From: Pseudomonadota bacterium
GTDB lineage: Bacteria; Desulfobacterota; JAPLJL01
Assembly (NCBI GenBank): GCA_026388655.1
Contig: JAPLJI010000138.1
Coordinates: 471 to 64,470 of the forward strand
DNA: 64,000 bases
Direction of reading: 5' to 3'
Below the pieces are notes generated by a model that saw only the letters and a list, made by a program, of their open reading frames with translations, was not told where the DNA came from and did no database searches. The position numbers were made by a program, and so were the translations under genes. This document shows positions 29,997 to 40,207 of the stretch, one piece after another. The first letter of the stretch is position 1, and every line of letters starts with the position of its first letter.

Positions 29997-31781
29997 TTAT
30001 TTAGAATATATTTCAGTATTGATGGAAGAAAGATTTAAACGAAAAACACCATAACTAGACATTATGTATAATGACTGATTGTCAGGAGTCAAAAATAATC
30101 CTCTTGGTTTATTTCCAACCAAAAATGATTTAATTATTTTGCCATTTGTTTTGTTTAAAATTAATAACTTACCTTGTCGATAATCAGATAAATATAATAA
30201 ATTTCTTTGGTTGTCGACAATAATATTAAATATAAAAGGGTGGGATTGGAAGATAGATTTGACTGAAAAATCATTTAAATCATATTCAATAATTTTGCCT
30301 TTCAAAAGATAGGCAACAAAAATAGAATTATTTCCAATGGATGCAGCCGATACCAAATCATCGAAATGAAATACTTTTTCAATTTTCATATTATTTGAAT
30401 TAATTAATAATCTTTTTGAAATTTTATCTGCGATAAAAACATAATAATAATTTTTATTTTTATTTTCGAGTAACATATAACCCTGATCACCGAATTTAAT
30501 GATGTGTTCATTTAAAAAATCAAGGCGTTTGATTTGAATTAATTTATCATTATGGTCGGATTTTTTATTTGTAGAATTATTAATATAATCAGGAAATAAG
30601 TAAATATCAAAATAATTGAGGAAATTATTTATAAGAACTTTTAAAAAGCGTTTTATAATATGAAATGATTTATTTTTATGTGAATTAAATCTGGAAGAAT
30701 CATAATCATCTATTGTTTTCTGGAATATATCATTGTTTGATTGAGAAATGTTACTTGGTATTGGAGGTAAGTGATATTGATCAAGAAAGACATTAGTAGT
30801 TGAAAGAATTGAAATACTTTGATTATCTTCGTTTACAATTAACTGGATAGGTTCTTTAAAGTTTTCACTCAATTGAAATCTTTTTAAAATAAGGAATTTT
30901 TCTTTAGAAATAATATAAAATAAATTTAAATCCCAATCTATGGCATAAATATAATCGGAGTAGGAACTTGGATAGAAATTTCTGACCACGCCTCCGATGA
31001 CGCATTGATAATTTAAATTATCATTAACAGATACTTTGCATAAAATCGGATTTTTATTGTAAAGAAAATTAAAAGTAGATCCCATAGAAAAATATATTTC
31101 TTTTTTGTCATCATCTAAGAAGATCTGACGATTATGAGTCATGTCTATAGGTATAGATTTAGAATAGAAAGGCTTTTCTCGACATTTATTAGACCAAAAA
31201 ATAGGTTCAAGATTATTTTGATCATAAATTTTATTACAAGAAGGTCCGGCTAAGGAATAATAAAATATGAATGAAACAGGAACGAGACCCAGGAAGACAA
31301 TAATAATACTAATTAAAAAGGATTCTGTATGGGAAAACCATTTTCTGAAAATTAGATAAGATAAGACGGAAATAATTAAAATCGGGACATAAAAGATAAA
31401 TTCTTTTTCAGTTACTTTTATTAGTATTGGAATGGTAACATTAATAATCCATCGGACCCATCCGATCTGATTCCATAAATTAAGGAATGTGAACCAACAA
31501 AAAGTTAAAGTAATTAAAAAGATTATATTAAAAATAATATTTTTATTTGAAACAATTTTTAAAATAAAAATGAGAACTATTAATGAAATGAATTTGAAAA
31601 AAAGAGAATTTAAATCCCAATTGAGTTGACTAAGGAAAAAATAAAATTGCCAAAAAGCGATAAAAATCAAAAAAAACGAAGAAATCCAAAATATTAACGA
31701 ATGAAAGAATATTAATAATTTAGAATCAGATCTGAGCAAGGTTTTAAATACGATTAAAAGTTCTACGCAAAAAAAGCACAA
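29997..31781 (-). CDS. Membrane-anchored hypothetical protein with a C-terminal beta-propeller-like repeat region
   Basis: N-terminal cluster of transmembrane helices. The C-terminal part is rich in beta-strand-like repeats (NKPRGLFLTPDNQSLYI). 594 aa. AT-rich. Confidence 0.4.
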   Translation of the reverse strand: MCFFCVELLIVFKTLLRSDSKLLIFFHSLIFWISSFFLIFIAFWQFYFFLSQLNWDLNSLFFKFISLIVLIFILKIVSNKNIIFNIIFLITLTFCWFTFLNLWNQIGWVRWIINVTIPILIKVTEKEFIFYVPILIISVLSYLIFRKWFSHTESFLISIIIVFLGLVPVSFIFYYSLAGPSCNKIYDQNNLEPIFWSNKCREKPFYSKSIPIDMTHNRQIFLDDDKKEIYFSMGSTFNFLYNKNPILCKVSVNDNLNYQCVIGGVVRNFYPSSYSDYIYAIDWDLNLFYIISKEKFLILKRFQLSENFKEPIQLIVNEDNQSISILSTTNVFLDQYHLPPIPSNISQSNNDIFQKTIDDYDSSRFNSHKNKSFHIIKRFLKVLINNFLNYFDIYLFPDYINNSTNKKSDHNDKLIQIKRLDFLNEHIIKFGDQGYMLLENKNKNYYYVFIADKISKRLLINSNNMKIEKVFHFDDLVSAASIGNNSIFVAYLLKGKIIEYDLNDFSVKSIFQSHPFIFNIIVDNQRNLLYLSDYRQGKLLILNKTNGKIIKSFLVGNKPRGLFLTPDNQSLYIMSSYGVFRLNLSSINTEIYSK

Positions 31782-31807
31782 AAAATCGGAAGAGGTAAGA
31801 TTTTAAT

Positions 31808-33238
31808 TTAGATAAAAAGATTAATTCTCAATCTTTTTAATGATTTTCCCAGATAAATCATAAGGAAAGAAATAAATATTTGTCTGAAACTATAAAATTT
31901 AAGGAAAGGTTTACGCATAATCCGAAAAATACGTCCCGGAAAGTAAAATTTCCAATAGGCTTTTCTTTGGGTTTTATTCAAATCAAACCCGGTGGCAAAG
32001 GAATAAAAAGACTTGCCGTAGTAATACAGGTCATAATCAATATTATCAATATCAGGATACTGAAGGCGGGCGAGTTCATATAAAGGAGTTTTACGAAAAG
32101 GGACCACATTGAAAAAAGAAGCAAAAAGAAGAGGGGATTTAACCGCGAAATCCACCGTTTTGTTAATCTCCTCCTGTGTCTCAGTGGGAAAACCGATCAT
32201 AAAATAACCTTTGGTGAGAAACCCCAATTGATCGGCAGCAATTATCATCTCTATGGTTTTATTAAGATCAAGGTTTTTCTTAATCATTTTCTGAATGCGG
32301 AGAGAGGCAGATTCCACTGCGAAGCTGAGTATATAAGCTCCGGCTTTCTTTAAGAGGGATAACAATTCCCTGTCGAGCAAGTCGGCGCGGATTCCGTTCG
32401 GGAAAGCAATCTTTATTTTTAAACCCTCGGCAATAATTCGCCGGCAAATCTCTTTGGCTCTTTCCGCATGATAGTTGAAACAATCGTCAACGATGTGAAA
32501 CTCTTTTATCCTATAGCGAGAAACTAGGATCTTGATTTGCTCCAAAACGTTTTGCGGACTCGCTTCCCGGATGCTTTTCCCCAAAATGTCATGACAATAA
32601 GCACACTGAAAAGGGCATCCCCGGGAAGTGAAAATGTACATATAAGGCCTGGCAGCCAAAATCACGTTCGCGTTCTGGATCCATCGGGAATAAGCCGGAA
32701 TATCTACGAGATCCCAGGCCGGAAAAGGCAGGGTATCAAGATCAGCGACCGGTTTACGGTTCCCCGAATGGTTGATATTACCGTTTTGCCGATAAGCGAT
32801 CCCTTCTACCTTGGTAATATCTCCATCACGAAAGTATGTATCAAGTAATTCGGTGAAGGTTATTTCCCCTTCCCCGATTACTACCCAGTCCACTCGATTA
32901 TCCTGTAAAATTTCCGTGCTCCACATGGTACCATAAGGTCCCCCAACTACCACCCGACAATCCGGTTTGAATTCCTTGATCAGTCGGGCGGTCCGGTGCA
33001 CCGCCTGTCGTTCAAAAGCTAGGGCGCTCAGACCCACCAACTCGGGGTCGAAATCCTGTAGAACTTCCTTAAGTTTTTCGGGTTTCATCCGGGTGAGATT
33101 CATGTCCACAATTTTTATCTGGTATTGCTCTTTCCCAAATTTTCGAATGGCCGACGCTAAGTGCATCAGCCCCAGTGGAGGCCCCGCTACATGCACAGGG
33201 TAGGGTTGAAAAACCCGGGCCAAAAGGATTTTTCTCAT
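31808..33238 (-). CDS. B12-binding radical SAM protein (subfamily I). The C-terminal, 3' part is AT-rich.
   Basis: FTSRGCPFQCAYCH, FPNGIRAD, ESASLRIQ, GYFMIGFPTET. Confidence 0.8.
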   Translation of the reverse strand: MRKILLARVFQPYPVHVAGPPLGLMHLASAIRKFGKEQYQIKIVDMNLTRMKPEKLKEVLQDFDPELVGLSALAFERQAVHRTARLIKEFKPDCRVVVGGPYGTMWSTEILQDNRVDWVVIGEGEITFTELLDTYFRDGDITKVEGIAYRQNGNINHSGNRKPVADLDTLPFPAWDLVDIPAYSRWIQNANVILAARPYMYIFTSRGCPFQCAYCHDILGKSIREASPQNVLEQIKILVSRYRIKEFHIVDDCFNYHAERAKEICRRIIAEGLKIKIAFPNGIRADLLDRELLSLLKKAGAYILSFAVESASLRIQKMIKKNLDLNKTIEMIIAADQLGFLTKGYFMIGFPTETQEEINKTVDFAVKSPLLFASFFNVVPFRKTPLYELARLQYPDIDNIDYDLYYYGKSFYSFATGFDLNKTQRKAYWKFYFPGRIFRIMRKPFLKFYSFRQIFISFLMIYLGKSLKRLRINLFI

Positions 33239-34707
33239 CTCCTGTACCTCCGAACTCGAACCCAGAAAAATCTCAAAAGCTGGGCTAGATTTCTCTCAAA
33301 CAGAAGAAAGAAAAAGAAGTGTTTGATCCGGAATTCCGCTACCGGCCGGTAGATCGACACTATAAAATTTACCCACCTGGGAGCGTTGTATTCCCGGGCC
33401 TTTCGATCTAAAAAATTGGACAGGAAGTAAAGCTTGGCCAGTCTTGAGCTTTTTTCCCTCCCTGAACGATTCTTTTTCTCCTGATCCCACCCGCCCGTCC
33501 TTCCCCACCCTTCCAAGGAATCGGGTATATCGTAGCCCTCCCGGGCTGCTGTATCAAACATCAAAGTTCCGGGATATGGGGTGTAACTGTAGAGCGGAGA
33601 AATTTGGACCCGGGGGTTGCTTCGCTTGAGCCCGAGAATAAGCTGCAGGGTGAGCCGCAGGTCTTCCTCTTCTTCGCCGGGGAAACCCACGATAAAACTG
33701 CAATAGACCGAGAGCGGGAACGGTTTTAACCTCGAGATCTGCTCGCCGACCTCCTCCACGGTCTCCCCCTTACCCATTAACTTTCGGACCCGAGGTGAGC
33801 CTGATTCCACCCCCAAAGTAATCCGGAGGCAGCCGCTTTCTACTAAAGATGCGAGAAAATCATCATCCATCCGTTTCAGCGAGGTAACATCCACCCCCTG
33901 AATTTGCCACGAAAGCCGCAGGTTCTTCAGGCCCGCCATGATCTCCCGGCACCAGTCAAAATCGAGGAAAAAATTGTCATCCACGAAATAGATATTCTCC
34001 ACCCCATAATGTTGTTTTGCTGCCTGCAGCCGTGCAATAACCTGGCCAGCGGCTATCTTTCGCCATCTCCTCCGGTTGAAATTAGCGTTGTAGCAAAAGG
34101 TGCAGGCCGAGGGGCAGCCGCGAGAGGCTTGAAAATAAAAACTTCTCTGGCCTCGGTATAAGGGCAGATATTGCTTGACATTAATGAGGTGATAAGGTAG
34201 ATCGGGCAGGAGGTCTAGGTCTGAAAACTCCCTCTCGGGATTGGATTTGATCCCGCCGTTTTGCCGGTAAGAGATTCCCTTTATATTTTCCAGAGGGTTA
34301 CCTCTTAACAAGGCTTCGGTAAGTTCAAGTAAGGTGACCTCACCTTCGCCACGAATGACAATATCCACACGATTATCCCGGAGGGTATCTTCTGAGAGAA
34401 TTGATGGATGTACTCCCCCCCAGACAATGGGAACATTATGAATTTTCCTGATGGTAGCGCACATCTTGAGGGCCTCGAGAATCATGGGACCGGTGAAAGA
34501 TGTTACTCCCACAAGGACAGTATCCTGATCAATCAAATTTGGCAAAGAATTTTCTAATTTTTGATTCAATCTCTGATCGAGGAACCTGATTTCGTACTTC
34601 TGGGCAACTAGGGAAGAAGCGTGAAGCAAACCGAGGGGCAGGGCAGGATGAGTTCTCAGGAAATCCATGTCCCCGATCTTGGGTTGTAAAAGCACAAGGT
34701 TTTTCAT
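33235..34707 (-). CDS. B12-binding radical SAM protein
   Basis: Start preferred at MKNLVLLQPK (ATGA overlap with the upstream gene) rather than at 34752. QASRGCPSACTFC. Confidence 0.75.
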   Translation of the reverse strand: MKNLVLLQPKIGDMDFLRTHPALPLGLLHASSLVAQKYEIRFLDQRLNQKLENSLPNLIDQDTVLVGVTSFTGPMILEALKMCATIRKIHNVPIVWGGVHPSILSEDTLRDNRVDIVIRGEGEVTLLELTEALLRGNPLENIKGISYRQNGGIKSNPEREFSDLDLLPDLPYHLINVKQYLPLYRGQRSFYFQASRGCPSACTFCYNANFNRRRWRKIAAGQVIARLQAAKQHYGVENIYFVDDNFFLDFDWCREIMAGLKNLRLSWQIQGVDVTSLKRMDDDFLASLVESGCLRITLGVESGSPRVRKLMGKGETVEEVGEQISRLKPFPLSVYCSFIVGFPGEEEEDLRLTLQLILGLKRSNPRVQISPLYSYTPYPGTLMFDTAAREGYDIPDSLEGWGRTGGWDQEKKNRSGREKSSRLAKLYFLSNFLDRKAREYNAPRWVNFIVSIYRPVAEFRIKHFFFFLLFERNLAQLLRFFWVRVRRYRR

Positions 34708-36134
34708 TTTCGCCTGTGAAAATAGTTGCTGATAAGAACTAACCCTCCCCACAAAATACTCCGCCAGCTCAACAGTCTTTTCGTAACTAATTTGAGAATT
34801 TTTCGAGGCCGGAGGTAAAACTTTCGCATGGCTTCTTTCTGCAAGCCAATCAATTCATCTGCACTCATTCCCTGGGGAATAAACACAGGTCCACCTTGCA
34901 AGGAACTGTCGTGCCAGGCAGAAAAACCATCAGAGCTGGACCGGTTAATCAGCGTGTCTTGATAATCTTCAAAGAATCTTGATCCAGGATATGGCGTGGC
35001 AATGCTGAATTTGGCCAGATCACAATCCAGCTTTAGGGCAAAATCGATAGTCTGACGGCAACTTGATTGGTTTTCTCCCGGCAAGCCGAGTATAAAACAT
35101 CCAAAGGTATTTAATTTGGCTTCCCGAGCAGAATTCATAATCACTTGGGAATCATTTAAGGTTATTCTTTTATTAATTTTGTTTAAAATGTTTTCGCTTC
35201 CGGATTCAAAACCAAATGCGATTAAACTTAATCCTGCTTCTTTCATTCTTGAGCATAATTGATCATTTAGGACATCAACCCGCGATTCAATTACCCATTT
35301 AATTCGTTTGTTTAAGCCCCTGCTGATTAATTCGTCACAAAACTCAAAACCATACTGGGGGTTTATCGGAAAATAGGGATCGTTAAAACGGAAGAATTTT
35401 ATTCCCATTTTCCCATGGAAATATTCAATTTCATCCACTATCTTTTTTACTTTCCTGATGCGAACTCCGTGGAAAACCCGATCCTGGGCACAAAAATAGC
35501 AGCGATAACTACATCCTCTCATCGACTGAATTGGAAGATAGATATCTTTGAATCCCAATAAAGGAAGGGTATTGTATTTTTTAAGATTGAAATGGTGCCA
35601 GGCGGGATAAGGAAGGTCATCCAAGTCTTTGATCATCGGACGATCGGGATTGTGAAGAATAGTGCCGTTATTTCGATATGTTATACCTTTAACTTCAGTT
35701 AGATCCTTCTTGTTCTCAAGATATTCTAGCAATTCCAGGATAGTAAGTTCTCCTTCACCCCTGACAATAATATCAGCGGGAACTGTTTTGAGTGTGTTTT
35801 CCGGGAGAACAGTAGGGTGAATATTACCCAAAATAATTTTTATCGCCGGCTTGATCTTTTTAATTTCTTCGCATAATATCCTTGCTGCGGGGATGGAATT
35901 GCTAAGACATGAAAATCCGATAGCATCCGGGTTAGAACGATAAATAAAATCAAGAAGATTTTTATTAGTCATATTATCGGCATACTGATCTATGACTTGT
36001 ACTAAATGACCACTTTTTTCAAGAACAGAGGCAATGTATGCAATCCCGAGCGGAAGCACGGGGGATATAAAGTATGACCATTTTCCCATGGTTTTTTTTA
36101 AGCTTGATCCAGGATTTATCAACAGGACATTCAT
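34704..36134 (-). CDS. B12-binding radical SAM protein
   Basis: MNVLLINPG.... SMRGCSYRCYFC. Confidence 0.8.
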   Translation of the reverse strand: MNVLLINPGSSLKKTMGKWSYFISPVLPLGIAYIASVLEKSGHLVQVIDQYADNMTNKNLLDFIYRSNPDAIGFSCLSNSIPAARILCEEIKKIKPAIKIILGNIHPTVLPENTLKTVPADIIVRGEGELTILELLEYLENKKDLTEVKGITYRNNGTILHNPDRPMIKDLDDLPYPAWHHFNLKKYNTLPLLGFKDIYLPIQSMRGCSYRCYFCAQDRVFHGVRIRKVKKIVDEIEYFHGKMGIKFFRFNDPYFPINPQYGFEFCDELISRGLNKRIKWVIESRVDVLNDQLCSRMKEAGLSLIAFGFESGSENILNKINKRITLNDSQVIMNSAREAKLNTFGCFILGLPGENQSSCRQTIDFALKLDCDLAKFSIATPYPGSRFFEDYQDTLINRSSSDGFSAWHDSSLQGGPVFIPQGMSADELIGLQKEAMRKFYLRPRKILKLVTKRLLSWRSILWGGLVLISNYFHRRK

Positions 36135-36138
36135 AATA

Positions 36139-37470
36139 TCATTTAATAATCACACGCTTGGTCAGGGAAAACCCCAGTTTTATCGAATCAAATAGTTCCG
36201 TAAGATATTTTATGGAAAAGAGTCTGGTAAGAAGATAATCGAGGTTAAAGTAAAAATTTCGATAAAATTGGTTTTGGAGTCGAACCAGGGCTAAATTATC
36301 GCAGGATTTTTTGTTTTTAAGTCTTGCCTCCAGGCGGGGAGAGAAAATATTTATTGAAATATAACTCGGTTTCAAACGTTTGATGAAGTTGGATGTGGCC
36401 TGGAAATGGTTTATATCAGATTCAGAAAGACCAAAAATGAAATGCGCCCCGGTGAGGATGTTATTTCTTTTACAGAGGTCAAAAGTTTTCAAAGTAATAT
36501 CTAAGGGAATACACTTCCCGACGCTTCTGAGCAATTCTTCGTCTACACTTTCCACACCAAATTGGATCAATCTGCAACCTGCCGCTTTCATGATTTGCAA
36601 GAGGTCTTCGTCAATCAAGTCTGTTCGACTATAGCAATTCCAAATTATTTTTATGTTGTGATCAATAATTTTTTGGCAAAATTCCCAGGCTCGGGACCGC
36701 TCGGCGGCAAAAGTCATGTTTTTAACAAATATGCTTTTTATCCCGGAATCGGATAAATCATGGATTTCCTGAATAGCGTTGTCGAGGTTTCTGGCTTTAT
36801 ATCCAAAAGATCCTGAATTACAAAAAGAACAGGAATAAGGGCAACCGTAATCGGTTAAGACTGTGGCAAACGGCCGAGGAACGAAGGGCATACAATAATT
36901 CGGACTCACAAACAGATGATGCTGAGGAGAGGGGAAGGTAAATTCTCGAACGGATTTAGGGGACTTTTTAATGATTACCTCAGAACCAACTTTGAAAATC
37001 ATTTTTTCGATTAATTCATATTTGCCTTCGAGGTAAAACCGGAAGTCGGAGTTGGTAAAATCAAGAATGGCTCCGTTCAGAAAAGGTTGGGAGTTAAGGA
37101 TCTCCGCCCCGCCGGAAAGGAAAATCTCGCCCGAACCCACTAAGCAAGCACCGGTGGCTTCCTTCACCTTTTTCAGGAAGGCAAAGTCGCCGGTCCACGA
37201 CTGGGTCCCCGAGAGGAAAAGGACGGCATCAGGATGGATATCGATGATTTTTTGCAAGCATTTCTGAGGCGAGATTTTTCCCGCGATAGCATCGATAAAC
37301 TTGACCTCGAATTCAGAATGAAGGATTCCACTCTGAACCAGGAGATCAACCGGATGCCAGTAATATCCCGCTTTGGAGACAGTACTGCAATAATAATCTC
37401 GCAGGTACATTTGATCCCCCGGGGGATTGAGCAGGAGGACCTTGGGTGGTGTTTTTAACGGAGCAGCCAT
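36139..37470 (-). CDS. B12-binding radical SAM protein (subfamily III; paralog of the 44943 gene)
   Basis: KVLLLNPPGDQMYLRDYYC. LTDYGCPYSCSFC. Confidence 0.7.
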   Translation of the reverse strand: MAAPLKTPPKVLLLNPPGDQMYLRDYYCSTVSKAGYYWHPVDLLVQSGILHSEFEVKFIDAIAGKISPQKCLQKIIDIHPDAVLFLSGTQSWTGDFAFLKKVKEATGACLVGSGEIFLSGGAEILNSQPFLNGAILDFTNSDFRFYLEGKYELIEKMIFKVGSEVIIKKSPKSVREFTFPSPQHHLFVSPNYCMPFVPRPFATVLTDYGCPYSCSFCNSGSFGYKARNLDNAIQEIHDLSDSGIKSIFVKNMTFAAERSRAWEFCQKIIDHNIKIIWNCYSRTDLIDEDLLQIMKAAGCRLIQFGVESVDEELLRSVGKCIPLDITLKTFDLCKRNNILTGAHFIFGLSESDINHFQATSNFIKRLKPSYISINIFSPRLEARLKNKKSCDNLALVRLQNQFYRNFYFNLDYLLTRLFSIKYLTELFDSIKLGFSLTKRVIIK

Positions 37471-38945
37471 CTTTTCATCCGGCGAATGAGATAATACAGA
37501 TGTTTCGGGGATTTGATATCGGCAATCAAATTAAACAGCGATCGAGGCCGGAGATAAAATTTGAGAAATGCCATTCTTTGAAAATTTTTCAGTTCCGGGA
37601 GGGAGATTCCATTCGGAGCCAGGACCGGGTCGGCATATGTTGATCCCTGCGGGTTACCGGCTTTGATTAGACGAGGATTAAGACCGGCATAGATTGGGCT
37701 TCCCGGAAAAGGATGAAAGAGAATGTATTGAGCTCGTTTTAGCCCCAGGTCCAAGGAGAATCGGACCGTTTGGCGAAGATCTTCCCGGCTTTCGGGCGGG
37801 AAACCCAGCACAAAAAAGCCGATAACTTCAATCCCCGTGTCCCGGATAAGATTAATTTTTTCTCGAATCAGGTTGGTGGAGATGTTTTTGTTTATATAAT
37901 TCAAGATGGAATCTGATCCTGATTCAATCCCGATCGAGAGTGCATAGCAACCCGACTTTTTCATGACCGTAAGCATTTCTTTATCCAGGGTATCCGCTCT
38001 CACACCGTTGGGACAAGTCCAGGTGATTCGCTGCCCGTTTTGGTTAAGTGAGTGACAAAATTGGAAAACGTATTCGCGGTTATAGGTAAAGTTGTCATCA
38101 ATAATATGGATTTCACGGATATTGAATTTAGAGGAAAGAAGACGGATTTCTGCCAGCACATTTTCAACGGTCCGGTATCGAATTTTTTCCCCGGAGATTT
38201 TTTTTGCTGAGCAGAAGGCACAGGAAAAGGGACAACCCCGAGAGATGTTGATGGGCGCGACCGGGAATTGGCGATAGAACCCGCCATGGGGAGCGGGAGG
38301 GTATTTTTGGGGTTTTAACAGGTCCCAAGCGGGGAATCCAAGGGCGTCCAAATTATCGATGAATAAAGGGGGATTGGCTTGGATACCATCTTGGTTTCGA
38401 TAGATTAGGCCGGGAATCTCGGAAAAAAATTGCGGATTGTCCCTCGATGGGTCTCGGGATGAACGGATTGCGGATTGCGGATTTTTATTTTCAAGATTTG
38501 AACTTTGAACTCTGTCTTCAGTCTCTTGAACCCTCGAACCCTGGAACCCTTGAACCCTTAACTTATCCAGAAGCTGGGGAAAGCCGATTTCAGCTTCACC
38601 TTGAAAAGCAAAGTCGGCTTGCGGAAAATCCAAAAGCGCGGCCGCGCCCGCCGATGATGGATGAGGCCCACCGATTATGGTGATAATATTGGAATTAAAC
38701 TTTTTAATCGTGGCCAGGTAGTCATTGACCAGCTTGAGATCGGTAGTTAAGGACTGGATCCCAACGACCTCTGGATTATAATCGTAAATAAATCGCTTAA
38801 ATTTCGAGGGGGGGAGTTTTTCCTTGATGCAATCTAATATTTTTACTTCCTGGTTTTTTTTTAATTGAGCGGCGAGATAACCTAATCCCAAAATTGGCTG
38901 GATGCTGTCACTATTAGATTGGGGTTTGACTAAAAGAACACGCAT
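37455..38945 (-). CDS. B12-binding radical SAM protein with a low-complexity insertion
   Basis: MRVLLVKPQ.... NISRGCPFSCAFC. The insertion GFQGSRVQETEDRVQSS is encoded by tandem 8-nt 'Ngaaccc' units at about 38520-38560. Confidence 0.8.
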   Translation of the reverse strand: MRVLLVKPQSNSDSIQPILGLGYLAAQLKKNQEVKILDCIKEKLPPSKFKRFIYDYNPEVVGIQSLTTDLKLVNDYLATIKKFNSNIITIIGGPHPSSAGAAALLDFPQADFAFQGEAEIGFPQLLDKLRVQGFQGSRVQETEDRVQSSNLENKNPQSAIRSSRDPSRDNPQFFSEIPGLIYRNQDGIQANPPLFIDNLDALGFPAWDLLKPQKYPPAPHGGFYRQFPVAPINISRGCPFSCAFCSAKKISGEKIRYRTVENVLAEIRLLSSKFNIREIHIIDDNFTYNREYVFQFCHSLNQNGQRITWTCPNGVRADTLDKEMLTVMKKSGCYALSIGIESGSDSILNYINKNISTNLIREKINLIRDTGIEVIGFFVLGFPPESREDLRQTVRFSLDLGLKRAQYILFHPFPGSPIYAGLNPRLIKAGNPQGSTYADPVLAPNGISLPELKNFQRMAFLKFYLRPRSLFNLIADIKSPKHLYYLIRRMKRWLLR

Positions 38946-39244
38946 AGGAGCAGGAAGGGATTATCAAAAAAGGAATCTCATTCCCTGGGAGGAGTTAAGC
39001 TGAGATTTTTTTCTGAAAGAAATTATGTAAGAATTTTCCCGCCCAGAAAGCTAAAATTACTCTTTCGGTTTCGGTCTGGGAGAGGGACGCCATTGAGGGA
39101 AACGCATCTTTTAACCTCCTTGTAATATACGCAATTATTATATAGCCCCTATCGAATAAAATCAATTTTTATCAGACTATTAAAAGCAATTTTTTCATTT
39201 TGGATTTGATTCGGATTAAAATAAATTAACGGGGTTTTAATCCA

Positions 39245-40207
39245 ATGTTTTCGCGGTCAAAGAAATTTCGTTGTTTAACGCCGGCTTTGGGAAAATTATA
39301 TTCAAATCTTAATCATCCGATTAAAATTTGCCGCGATGTTCCTGGTTTTTGGAACATTACCGGGTATGAACGGGAATGGCCTAAATTAGGAAAATTGTTT
39401 GATTTTCTCAATCCCCAATCGGAGATTTATTGGCTTAAGTTGCTGGAAAAAGAAATTTATCTGAGTTATTTCGATCCCTACCTGGCCAAAGTTCCCCGGG
39501 GGAAAAAGATTCTCGATGCCGGAGGGGGGGTAGGAAGATTTTCTTTGGAATTGGGGAAACGTAATTATCAAATAACCCTGCTCGATGCCTGCCGTTCCAA
39601 TCTCGCTGCCGCCCAAAAACACCTGGCGAAAAATGGGATACGTGATTTTGAGATCCTTTGGGCGGATGTTGCCGACTTGGGTTTCATTCCCAGTTCGAAA
39701 TATGCCGCTGTTTTCGGGATTGAGCTCCTTTCCTATCTCACCGATACGGAAAAGGGACTGCGGGAACTTATCAGGGTGACTGAGCCAGGGGGCCTAATTT
39801 TCCTTTCCGTGGAAGGAAAATACGGAAGCGTACTGGCGGATCCGAACATTCCTCCCGATCAGGTAGACAAAATATTAAATGAAGATATTTTATTGATTGA
39901 GGGAGACCGTTATACTCGCTATTTTACCCGGGATGGTTTCAAAAAGATCATCGGAAAATGCGGACTGGAGATCATACTTTTGGAGGGGTGCCATTATCTT
40001 GCCGAGGGGCCATTCCAGCGTTTATTGGATGAAAAACGCCTTTCCGAACCTGAATACCGAAAAGAGATCCTGGCCGGAGAAAGACGATTCCGAGATGAGC
40101 CGATCCTCAAAAACCTGGCCCGGGCGTGGGTGGCGGTAGCGCGGAAGCCGGTTGCCGGCGACAAGTTGCCAGTCACCAGTCGAAGAACTAATACAAAAGC
40201 CAAATGA
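39245..40207 (+). CDS. Class I SAM-dependent methyltransferase
   Basis: ILDAGGGVGRFS. 320 aa. ATGA overlap with the downstream rSAM. Confidence 0.6.
   Translation: MFSRSKKFRCLTPALGKLYSNLNHPIKICRDVPGFWNITGYEREWPKLGKLFDFLNPQSEIYWLKLLEKEIYLSYFDPYLAKVPRGKKILDAGGGVGRFSLELGKRNYQITLLDACRSNLAAAQKHLAKNGIRDFEILWADVADLGFIPSSKYAAVFGIELLSYLTDTEKGLRELIRVTEPGGLIFLSVEGKYGSVLADPNIPPDQVDKILNEDILLIEGDRYTRYFTRDGFKKIIGKCGLEIILLEGCHYLAEGPFQRLLDEKRLSEPEYRKEILAGERRFRDEPILKNLARAWVAVARKPVAGDKLPVTSRRTNTKAK

Larger units (their letters stand above)
23150..32450. other. Compositional island. About 9 kb of very low G+C (core 23.9-31.8 kb, about 20-30% G+C by eye, against about 60% in the flanks). It contains a methyltransferase, a GT-C gene, a B12-rSAM gene, an aminopropyltransferase-like membrane protein and a propeller-like membrane protein.
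   Basis: An obvious base-composition shift is visible in the raw sequence. The boundaries fall inside rSAM genes 22456..23868 and 31808..33238, whose C-terminal-encoding parts are AT-rich. Confidence 0.6.

Noticed and set aside
23150-32450. AT-rich island as a classical mobile element (prophage, IS or integron)
   Set aside because: No integrase, transposase, recombinase, att-like direct repeats or tRNA target were seen. The boundaries fall inside homologous rSAM genes, which favours homologous-recombination acquisition.
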